DNA of 64,000 bases from Glaucostegus cemiculus (lineage: Eukaryota). Where the stretch lies: NCBI GenBank assembly GCA_976551045.1, contig CDPCPM010000151.1, positions 2,108,001 through 2,172,000 of the forward strand, given 5' to 3'. Each line of letters opens with the position of its first letter. Positions within the stretch are counted from its first letter, which is position 1. The position numbers were made by a program, and so were the translations under genes. Below, piece by piece: positions 38,259 through 49,034 of this stretch. A model generated the notes under the pieces. The model did not search any database and had not been told where the DNA came from. It was given only the letters and a program-made list of their open reading frames with translations.

Positions 38259-39392
38259 CGAGGCTTATGGAGAAGGTGAGGAGGCATGGGATCCAAGGGG
38301 ATATTGCGGTGCAGATTCAGAACTGGCTGGCCACAGACGGCAAAGAGTGCTTGTTGAAGGGTCGTATTCTGAGTGGAGGTCGGTCACCAGTGGTGTGCCT
38401 CAGGGGTCTGTACTGGGACCCTTACTCTTTGTCATTTTTATAAACGACCTGGATGAGGAAGTAGGGGGGTGCGTTAGTAAATTTGCCGACAACACAAAGG
38501 TTGGCGGTGTTGTAGATAGTTTGGAGGGCTGTCAGAGGGACATAGATAGGATGCAGAGCTGGGCTGAAAAATGGCAGATGCAGTTCAACCCAGATAAGTG
38601 TGAAGTGGTTCATTTTGGTAGGTCAAATATGTTGGCGGAATATAGTATTAATGGTAGGACTCTTGGCAGTGTGGAAGATCAGAGGGATCTTGGGGTCCGA
38701 GTCCATAGGATGCTCAAGGCGGCTGTGCAGGTTGACTCTGTGGTTAAGAAGGCATATCGTGATTGTCCTTCATCAGTCGTGGGATTGAATTTAGGAGCTG
38801 GGAGGTATTGCTTCAGTTATATAGGTCCCTGGTCAGACCCCACTTGGAGTATTGTGTTCAGTTCTGGTCGCCTCACTACAGGAAAAATGTGGAAGCCATA
38901 GAGAGGGTGCAGAGGAGGTTTACGAGGATGCTGCCTCGAATGTGGAGCATGCCTTATGAGAGCAGGTTGCGGGAACTCAGCCTTTTCTCCTTGGAGAAAA
39001 GGAGGATGAGGGGAGACCTGATAGAGGTATATAAGATGATGAGAGGTATTGATTGTGTAGATAGTCAGAGGCTTTTCCCCAGGGCTGAAATGGTGGCCAC
39101 AAGAGAACATAGGTTTAAGGTGCTGGGGAGTAGATATAGAGGAGATGTCAGGGATAAGTTTTTTACTCAGAGAGTGGTGAGTGCATGGAATGGGCTGCCG
39201 GAAGCAGTGGTGGAGGCGGATACGATAGGGTCTTTCAAGAGACTGTTAGATAGGTACATGGAGATAAGTAAAATAGAGGGCTATGGGAATGTCCAGTAAT
39301 TTCTAGTGTAGGGACATGTTCGGCACAGCTTTGTGGGCCAAAGGGCCTGAATTGTGCTGTAGTTTTTCTATGTTATATGTTCTATGTTCTAT
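38259..39392 (+). mobile_element. Fairly young 5'-truncated CR1 LINE
   Basis: [17 protein letters not shown] (catalytic D to N), LEYCVQFWSP; small deletions and frameshifts; (TTCTATG)n tail. Confidence 0.93.
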
Positions 39393-40669
39393 AGCATGGA
39401 TTAGACAGCTCTTCACTAATTTTTGACAAAATAGATGTTTAACATTTGCTGTTAGAGACTGGCAGTGCATGATTTATGTTCAGTCCAGAGTCCTTCTAAT
39501 ATTAATCCTGGCAAGTTAAGAGTAACAACTAAAAACTTACAGTTTCCTTCATTTAAAAAAATCAATTGATGCACAATAAGAATGAATTGAGTTTTTGTTT
39601 ACTCCAAGTGTTAAACCTGAAGTCAATACCCTTTATCCTCCAAAATGATATGGCCCCATTTGGAATATAAACTTGGGACTGGTGCAGAACGTAATGTTTC
39701 AGCAGCATCCACTACCATTTCCAAGATTTCCAGGAAACCCCCTGAATGAGGATATTTTGGTTAACAGTGAAATTATCCACCCAAATAGCAACAATTTTAA
39801 CTTGAATGAATTGTACTTTGCATTAAAAATTCAAGTGCACAACATCAGTCAAAGAAAAATAGCACACTGACATGATGGTTACAACATTTTTTGATAAATA
39901 TAAGAAATATATCATAGTTATTAACATTAAATTATGAACATAGAATATTAGTAATGGTCATGTGATTGAAATCATAATCAAAATATCAGATTGAATGAAT
40001 GGATTAAGTTACATACTTCTTGTCAAGATATACTTCTTAGCACACCTGGTATTGAAATAAAAGCCACAATATTTACAGACAATTGTCGCAAATATCTAAT
40101 TACATCAGATTAATGAGGCTGTATTAGCTGATCATGGCTGTGACATATTATGGTGCATATCTATTTGAAGTATAACTTTGGAGGTTTATGTAGGGTGAGC
40201 TATGTCGTGATATAAGTGGCTTCCATGTCTATGCACAGGTATTTTGGGAATCCAGGTTTCCATGTGATGATCCACTCAATGGATGGACCAATGCATATTG
40301 GGAGGGAGAGAAAGAAGAAGGCTGTGGCAGTCAGATGAAGGCCCAGGATCAGGGATTAAGGATTGGGATCAACAGAATGGGGCAATGAGTAAAGGCTGCA
40401 ATCATTGGATGGTTTTCTTGAAGAGCCCTATTTCCCTTCCTGGCTTGCAAGGTGTGGTCTAAAAAGTATATAAATGATGCTGCAGTATCTCATATCTCTA
40501 TTATGTTGTTAGGTCTCCAGAACCTTGAAAAACATGGTTGGCAATCTTTACATCACTGTGAGATTCATGATTACATTGTCAGAACCAATAAAGTGTCTAA
40601 GGTTCCTATGATGGCACATAAACCTGCTATCAAACCAGTGAGCAGTACATTGATGTAACTGAAAAAGGC

Positions 40670-41006
40670 ACTACCTCACAGCACTGGAGAGCTGGGACTT
40701 TGTCCTGACCTTGGATTCTAATTGTGTGAAGTTTACATATTCTCCCTGTAACTGTGTGAGGTTCCTCTCAGATCTCCTGTTTCCTCTCACATTTCAAAGG
40801 CGTGCAGGTTGGTAAGTTAATTGGCAACTGTAAATTGTCCCTAGTGTGAGTGAGTGGTGGAATCTGAGGGGGGAGTTGATGAAAATATGGGGAGGAAAAG
40901 AAGTCAGATTAATATAGGTTAAATGTAAATGGATGGTTGGCTTGGACTTGGCGGGCCGAAGGGCCTACTTATGTGCTGTATCTCTCTGACATTAGGACTC
41001 TATGAC
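40670..41006 (+). mobile_element. Older V-core SINE (HE1-like)
   Basis: V core, TGTAAATTGTCCCTAGTGT, GGGCCGAAGGGCCT..TGTGCTGTATCTCT tail. Confidence 0.8.
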
Positions 41007-41671
41007 ACTGCCTGAAAAATGGAGACTGCTACCTGTCCACTAGGTTACAGTTGCAGGTTGTGAATTTTAACTCTTAAACCTACTTTAACTCTCATTTGCC
41101 CAAAGTTTACTTTATAATATGCTGGTTGTTACCATTACTATTGCAGAAGATGATGGGGAGAAACCATAAAGCAGAATGTTGCCATTTTAAAACAAACAAT
41201 TGATTACATGAAATGATACATATAATAAGGCACAGCCATGAGTCACAACTAGCAATTTAAATTTTTAGATCCTGTTGTCATTTCTAATCCCATTGCTGAT
41301 GTGGTTCATGGCTCCCACAAAAGTGTGGTTGAATTATTGTCACAAAACTTCTGTCAGTCATTCATTGTCTCAAAACATTCTACTGAGTCAACGTTAATAA
41401 AATGATTTTACCATATCAGACATTTGTTTATAGTGACTGTGCTGTACATGCTAAATAAAAAATAAGAGATTTTGTTCTAGGGGCTGAAAATGTAACCAAG
41501 TATTCATTGTATAGAAAAGCAAGTAATTGAGAGAAAGTAATCTGTTTTGGTGATGGAGAGGCTAATTTTTTCTCTTAATATCTTGGATAGACACTGTGAC
41601 CAATGTTCCTGCACATGTGAAATGGAATATAGACTTCAAAGGGTGCCTGAGTGCAATATATCCCACTGCCA

Positions 41672-42108
41672 CATTCACCAGGGTGTTGCCTGGATTGGAG
41701 TGTAATAGCAACAAGGAAAGGTTGGACAAACTTGTATTGTTTTCTCTGGAGTGTCAGAGGCTGAGGGACAACCTGATAGAAGTGCATAAAATTATGAGAG
41801 GCATAAATAGGGCACATGGTCAGAGTCTTTTTCCCAGGTTGGAAATGTCAAATACTAGAGGGCATAGAGGGGCACAGTTTAAAGGAGATGTGCACGGTGA
41901 GTTTTTGACACAGAGAGTTGTAAATGGATGGATTGTACTTCCAGGGGAGGTGATGGAAACTGATACAATGGCAATGTTTAAGACAGACGCATTAACAGGC
42001 AGCGAATAAGTACCATGTGCAGGCATTACAGGCAGATGGCATTAGTTAGATTGGTATTATAGTCAACTCAGGCACAGTGGGCTGTTCCTGTGCTGTGGGC
42101 TGTTCTAT
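41672..42108 (+). mobile_element. CR1 3' fragment
   Basis: FTRVLPGLE..RLRDNLIEVHKIMRG in ORF 41596-42009, then 3' UTR. Confidence 0.85.
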
Positions 42109-42449
42109 CAATTTTCAGGTGAAATAAACAGAAGCTGGCTTTGGTTGAAGAACATTAAAATGTGCTTTTGCCGGCATTGCCTAATCTTATGAATGACTGA
42201 TAAAAATTCTGCATTGAAAGAGTTTGATATTGTTAAAAGCACTTGAGCAAAAAGCTTCCTGAAAATTAGTTCATAAGTAATTGTATTTAACATCATTTTT
42301 TGACAAGATGATATTAGCCATCTTAGTAAGGGCAAACATGTTTACGAGTGAATTGGAATTATATGCAGTCAAATGCAACCAGGTTTGAGAGACTTCTGTT
42401 GTCAGATTCAAAACAAAATCCATAATCATTGATATCACCTGTTCATACA

Positions 42450-42550
42450 TCTCCTCCTTAGGCAATCCCTCAGGATCAAGGATAACTTGCTTCTACTCTG
42501 GTTTTGTGGGTTCTGTGTTATTAATGCGGTCAATATTAGGAAACACATAG
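42450..42550 (-). mobile_element. RTE-clade LINE 3' end relic
   Basis: Minus strand AGAACCCACAAAACCAGAGTAGAAGCAAGTTATCCTTGATCCTGAGGGATTGCCTAAGGAGGAG resembles elasmobranch RTE termini as recalled. Confidence 0.5.
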
Positions 42551-42734
42551 GAGGACAGGGATCACTGCTGCCTGATAGACCAGCAGTTCTGTGTCTGTCC
42601 TGAGGTCAAGCAGCCTTTTTCTCAATGGATCAAAGTCTCACAACTGACTCAGGAAGGTTTTAGTGTGAATCCCATTCTACAATCTTTACTGAATAACCTA
42701 GCTTGAGTATGGCACATTGGTTCAGCCAATAGAG

Positions 42735-43020
42735 GAGCTTCCTCACTGCAGCAGAGACACCATTCAATCCTGTGAAATCCGCATATTTTCCCTGGGACTG
42801 TTTCCCCTGGGTGCTCCTCTTTCTTCTGTGCAGGTTGATGGTTGATTGACCATTATAAATTGCCCCTAGTGCATTGGTGAGTGGTAGAATCTCAGGGGAG
42901 TTGACAAGAATATGGGAACCATAATAAAAGGGATTAATGAAGGATTAGCATAAATTGGAGGTGGGTGATGAATGTGGACTCAGTATTCTGAAGACCCCAT
43001 TTTTGTGCTGTGTGCCTCTG
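42735..43020 (+). mobile_element. Older V-core SINE, degraded
   Basis: CCCTGGGTGCTCC, TAAATTGCCCCTAGTG, GGTAGAATCT, TGTGCTGT tail. Confidence 0.7.
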
Positions 43021-43069
43021 ATTCCAGAGTAGCTCTAATGATGAGCTGATTGCTGAAAGTACCTTCTCT

Positions 43070-43356
43070 TGCATGGCCCTGTCTGCTCTCTTAAGTGGAT
43101 ATTAAAAAAGTCCCACAGACTGTTTCAAAAAGAACAGGGGAATTATTTTTGGAACCTTGGTCAATATTTATTCCTTAAGTAATGTCACGAGAATAACCTG
43201 CTCCTTTCTGGTGATGTTACTTCAGGTTATTTGGTCATTGTCATCTCATTGGTTTATGTGGGCTCTCCATGGGGAAATTATTTGCTGTGTTCCCGGCACT
43301 GCAGAAGTAGCAGCACATGAAAAATACTTCATTGGCTGTAGAGTACTTTGAGACAG
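43070..43356 (+). mobile_element. Deu-domain SINE (SacSINE1/AmnSINE1-like)
   Basis: GGCCCTGTCTGCTCTCTTAAGTGGA, GGTCAATATTTATTCCT, GGTCATT, TACTTCATTGGCTGTA in the order expected for the family. Confidence 0.7.
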
Positions 43357-43634
43357 CAGGATCTCAGAGGAGTGATTTGCAGGCCTTGTGAATTGTATGT
43401 ATGGGATGTGATTTACAGTCACTTTGCACGGTTCAACATATTAACTGTACATAATTTTGGGAGTGATGTGTGAACTGTGAAGTGTGAACCACAATCTGAT
43501 TTGAGTAATGGAACTCTTAAAGCAGCTATTCAAAACTGAAGCTGCTGTTGAATGTAGCAGGTCAGCTTTAGAGATCTGGTGTGAAAGATTCAAGAGCAGG
43601 TGTGGGAGCAGATGCAATTCTTCCCCAATACTGT

Positions 43635-43923
43635 ATTTTCTGTAGCTACTTACTTTTGCTGCAGCTAAGAACAATCTTGTAATAGATTCTCCTAAGGATT
43701 CTGGACTCAATATTAGTTGGCTGTTTTCAAGTGGGAAATCTGGTCAGAGCTCCAGATTTCCCCGAGGCTTCCAATGGCCAGTCTAACAGCATGCTAAATA
43801 TATTCCATATGAGCTGCAGTAAGGTTAGAACTAAAGCAAGCAATTGACTTTATAGTGTGAACTAAGTAAGGAGACTATTTGAATATTCCATTTGTTTTGC
43901 AGCTGTTAAATATGCACATATTT
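43635..43923. repeat. Direct repeat copy 1 (289 bp)
   Basis: Colinear with 44674-44959; contains inverted repeat GGGAAATCTGG/CCAGATTTCCC. Confidence 0.93.
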
Positions 43924-44673
43924 ACGTATATACTGACATTGTGGCACATTGTGGACATCCCAGGAGAGGATCAAAGATCCCTTCCAAAAAAGGAAGACAT
44001 TGGTAAATCTGCTCTGCTGATGCCTGGGACCTGAATCCATCAAGATCTTCCCTGTCATGGACTATCCAATAATTGGCAAGATCTGTCCCTTTCAGGAGCC
44101 TTTTAGCAGGCTTGCTTCATTTTGTTAGGGGCAGCTTTTGTGTCTACTGTCCACATTGTTTCATAGCCACATATTTGAGGTCCAAACTAGTAACATAAAA
44201 TTTACATCGCACAGTGATTGACATTCACCACTATACCAATTGAACACATGCTTGGAAGCACGCAGTTGAAAGTTGCATTAAGTGCAATGCGCAACAGTAA
44301 GTCCCTTTTGTTTTTACTGATTGATTTTCCATCTTAATTCAATCATGTAATGCATTAAAAAAAACATGCACCGTGCAATTGAATTCCTAGGCTGTTGATA
44401 AATTGGTCACCAGGGTTAATGGACAAAGTCTGATTTTCAACACAAAATATACTTCCCCACTCTACTTATACAGGCACTTCAAATATGATTGGAATCACAT
44501 TCTGTGTCATAGTCGCTGGGTTCCAGTCTCCTGTAATTCCTAAAAATGTCCAGAAGTGAGAATTATTTTCCTGAAGCCGCTCAGATCTCAATTACTTAAA
44601 ATAACTTTGTTTTAATTTAGTATTTGCAAATTTATGGGATGATTTAACTCCTTTCCAATTTAATTGTATAACC

Positions 44674-44959
44674 ATTTTCTGTAGCTACTTTTACTGCAGC
44701 TAGGAACAATCTTGTAATAGATTCTTCTAAGGATTCTGGACCCAATATTAGTTGGCTGTTTTCAAGTGGGAAATCTGGTCAGAGCTCCAGATTTCCCCGA
44801 GGCTTACAATGGCCAGTCTAACAACATGCTGAATATATTCCATATGAGCTGCAGTAAGGTTAGAACTACAGCAAGCAATTGACTTTTGTAGTGTGAACTA
44901 AGTAAGTAAACTATTTGAATATTCCATCTGTTTTGCAGCTGTTAAATATGCACATATTT
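44674..44959. repeat. Direct repeat copy 2 (286 bp)
   Basis: Roughly 90-95% identical by eye to 43635-43923, with small indels. Confidence 0.93.
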
Positions 44960-45004
44960 GGGTTACCATTTGTACAGGAAAACATTATTTATGAACTCAT
45001 GAGA

Positions 45005-45640
45005 ATAAAAAAAAACACTGCAGAAGCTGGAAATCAAAAATAAAAAAAACAGAAAATGCTGGAAATACTCAACAGGTCAGGCTGCATCTACAGTATAAGA
45101 GAAACCAAATTAATGTTTCAGGTTGAAGAGCCTTCATTAGAATTGGGAAGGAGACAAAAGAAGCCTGTTCAGCTGCAGGGAGGGTGGAGGAGGGGGATGT
45201 CTCTGATAGGGTAAAACCAGGGTGACCATGGAGATAACCTGTAAACATGGTTATCTGGTCAATGTGTGAATTGGAGCAGTTAGAGAGTGAGAACATAGAT
45301 ACAAAATTGTGGGGTTGCAAATTGCAGAGCAGAAGGACATACACAGGAGAGAAATAAAGGACTGCAGATGCTGGAATCTGGATGAAAAACACAATGATGC
45401 TGGAGGAACTCAGCAGGCCAGGCAACATCTGTGGAGAAAAGCAAGTGGTCAATATTTCGTGTCAGGACCCTTCTTCAGGACTGAAGATAGGAAAAGGGGA
45501 AGCCCAATACATAGGAGGGAAAAGCAGAGCAGCGATAGGTGGACACAAGGTGGTGATGGGTAGATGCAGGTAAGAGATAGTGATAGGCAGGTGCGGGGGA
45601 GGAGTGGAGAGCAGATCCACTAGGGGATGGGTCAAAGGTA
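45005..45640 (-). mobile_element. Two tandem Penelope-type 3'/pseudo-LTR fragments (about 45005-45340 and 45345-45640)
   Basis: Each begins CTGCAGA.GCTGGAA..TGCTGGA..ACTCA.CAGG..AGGC.GCATCT on plus, has a hammerhead-like core on minus, then a purine-rich tract. Confidence 0.65.
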
Positions 45641-46412
45641 CATAGGAGTTCAGGCTTTACAAACTCCTTCACTACAAAGAATAGTTAGACAAATCTGAAG
45701 AACAAGGGTCCATTGCTTATTTTATCTCAAAATTGTGTTTCTTATGCATATTCATATTCATATCCTTAATACTTGAAGAATCTGCCTTTCCACAAGTTGG
45801 AGTCTACCTTTACTTGTTCTTTTTCTAACTAGTTGGTCTTTGTTAAATATGTGTTTTTACATTTTTGTGTTTAGTGACAGTCAAAATCCTCCTGATGAGT
45901 CAACAGTCTCTTCAGTAGATTGATGAGTCATTGAGATCTTCTTGGATCCAGCTTTGAACTTCCTTAGGCCACTAATCAGCAGTTCCTTGCCAGGTCAATC
46001 AGAACAAGATTCCAGTTTCAACCTGATCCTTTCTGCATGGTCCCTCTCCTTTCTGTCGAACTGTCTCCCAACACACAAGGCTAGGGCTTGAACACAAAGA
46101 GTGGGCAAAAACTTAGGATGACACAACCTATCAGTGAAACAATCCTTCATTGGAAATGTTAAGGCACTCAAGAAAATAGGACAGGAAACAGGTGAGGGAA
46201 AATGATCACTTCTCAACTAAAAGAAAATTCTTTTGTCATTAACAACAGATATGATTATCTAAACCAGGTCACAATATGGGATGATGCAAATGAATGGCAG
46301 ACATTAAAATCCCTTCAATAATTGATTAAATCATGATTACCCTGTACAACAGATATGCTTAGCTGCAGATCTCCTGACATTGTCACCTAAGAATGATTAA
46401 CAAATCTCTGTT

Positions 46413-49034
46413 TTGCCAACCTAAAGAGTGTGTTACCAAAGTACTACCAGCACGTCTTCTGTCCCACCAGGGGGCCCAACACCCTGGACCATTGCTATAC
46501 AACCAAAGATGCCTTTTGATCCACCCCTCACCCTCACTTTGGTAAATCAGACCACCAGGCTGTGTTCCTCCTCCCTGCATACAAACAGAAATTGAAACAG
46601 GAGAATCCAGTACAGAGAGTCATGCAATGCTGGTCTGAGGAAACAAATGAGCTTCTATGCGTCTTTCTCTTTGAGTAGGTGGACTGGTCCATGTTCAAAG
46701 ACTCAGCTACCAGCCTAGACAAGCATGTCACTACCATTACAGACTTTATCAGCAAGTATGTTGAGGACTGTGTACCAAAGAGGACAATACGGGTGTTCCC
46801 AAACCGGAAACCATGGATGAACCGGATGATCCGCTCCCTACTGAAGGAGAGGACTGCTGCATGCAAATCGGGTGATCCTGACCTGTACAAGAAATCAAGG
46901 TATGACGTCCGGAAAGCTATCAGGAATGCCAAGAGACAATACCGCTCAAAATAGCGTCCCAGACCAGCCGTCAGTTATGGAAAGGCTTACATGTTATAAT
47001 GGGCTACAAAACGAAGTTGGGCTGCATAGTTAACAACAGCGCATCCCTTCCTGATGAGCTTAATGCATTCTATGTTCGTCTTGAACAGGAGGGAAGTGGA
47101 TTGTCACCATGCATCCTGACAGCCTCCAATGCAACTTAACCCATGGTCACCGTTAAGGACATAAGATCAGCCTTCTGGAAGGTGAAGACAAGGAACGCAT
47201 CTGGTCCAGGTGGTGCCCCTGGCCAAGTGCTCATTTCTTGTGCCGATCAGGTGGCAGGGGTATTTGCAGACATATTTAACCTCTCCCTGCTTCAATCTCA
47301 GGTTCCCACATGTTTTAAGAAGACCACTATTATCTCAGTACCAAAAAGCAAAGTAACATGCCTTAATGCCTACCGACCAGTGGCTCTGACATCCACCATC
47401 ATGAAGTGCTTTGAGAGGCTGATCATGGCACGCATCAACTCCAGCCTTCCAGACAACCACGACCCACTGCAATTCACCAACCATCATAACAGGTCTACAG
47501 TGGGTGCCGTCTCCCTGGTCCTACACTCATCTCTGCAGCATCTGGACAGTAAAGGCACCTACTATTGTTTACTGACTACAGCTCCACCTTCAATACTATA
47601 ACTCCAAGCAAACTCATCACCAAACTCCTAGACCTGGGACTCAACATCTCCCTCTGTATTCAGATCCTTGACTTTCTGACCAACAGACTGCAGTCAGTGA
47701 GGATAGGCAGCAACACCTCCAACACAATTATTATCAACACTGGTGACCCACAAGGCTGCGTCCTCAGCCCTCTACTCTACTCCCTATATACTCATGTTTG
47801 CGTGGCCGTAATTCTAATCTAACTCCATCTACAAGTTTGCAGATGATACCACCATAGTAGGCAGTATTTCAAATAATGATGTTAGAGTACAGGAAGGAGA
47901 TAGAGAGCTTAGTGACATGGTGTCATGACAACAACCTTTCCCTAAGTGTCAGCAAAACAAAAGAGCTGGTCATTGATTTCAGGAAAGGGGGGGTGGTGTA
48001 TATGCACCTGTTTCCATCAATAGTGCTGAGGTCAAGAGGGTTGAGAGCTTCAAGTTCCTAGGAGTGAACATCACCAACAGCCTGTCCTGGTAAAATCATG
48101 TAGATGCCACAGCCAAGAAAGCTCACCAGCACCTCTACTTCCTCAGGAGGCTAAAGAAATTTGGCATGTCCCCTTTGACACTCACCAACTTTTATCCATG
48201 CACCATAGAAAGCAACCTATCTGGATGCATCATGGCTTGGTCTAGCAACTGGTCTGCCCAGGACCGCAAGAAACTGCAGAGAGTTCTGGACACAGCCCAG
48301 TGCGTTACAGAAACCAGCCTCCCCTCCATGGACTCTGTCTATACCTCTCGCTGCCTTGGTGTAGCAGACAGCATAATCAAAGACCCCACCCACCTGGGTC
48401 ATTCTCTCTTCTCTCCTCTTCCATCAGGCAGAAGATACAGGAGCCTGAGGGCACATATCACCATGCTCAAGGACAGCTTCTATACCACCGTGATAAGACT
48501 ATTGACTGTGTCCCTTATACGAAGAGATGGACTCTTGACTTCACAATCTACATTGTTATAACTTTGGACCTTATTGTCTTTCTGCAATGCACTTCCTTGT
48601 AGCTGTGACACTTTACTCTGTACTCTGTTATTGTTTTTACCTGTACTACTTCAATGCACTCTGTACTAACTCAATGTATCTGGACCGTGTAATGAATTGA
48701 TCTGTACGAATGGAATGCAAGACAAGTTTTTGTAGCAGTTAGTGTAATGCTTTCCAGTGCCAGTGACCCAGGTTCAATTCCCACCACAGTCTGTAAGGAG
48801 TTTGTACGTTTTCCCTGTGTTTGCGTGGGTTTCCTCCAGTTTCCTCCCACATTCCAAAGACGTAGGGGTTAGGAAGTTGAGGGCATGCTATGTTGGAGCC
48901 AGAAGCGTGGCAACACTTGCAGGCTGCCCCCAGAACACTCTATGCAAAAAGATGCATTTCACTGTGTATTTCAATGTACATGAGACTAATAAGGATATCT
49001 TATCTTAAGTGAGAATAATAAACCAATACCAATA
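46413..49034 (+). mobile_element. Resident Rex1/Babar-type LINE, 5'-truncated inside the endonuclease, multiply disabled
   Basis: APE end CPTRGPNTLDHCY..GKSDH, RT in broken ORFs 46679-48561, colinear with 1541-3559; (CCAATA)n tail at 49008-49034 after a SINE insertion. Confidence 0.92.
48732..49007 (+). mobile_element. Near full-length type B V-core SINE inserted in the LINE 3' end
   Basis: tRNA-like head with B box GGTTCAATTCC, V core, Rex1-like tail ending GATATCTTATCTTA. Confidence 0.9.
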
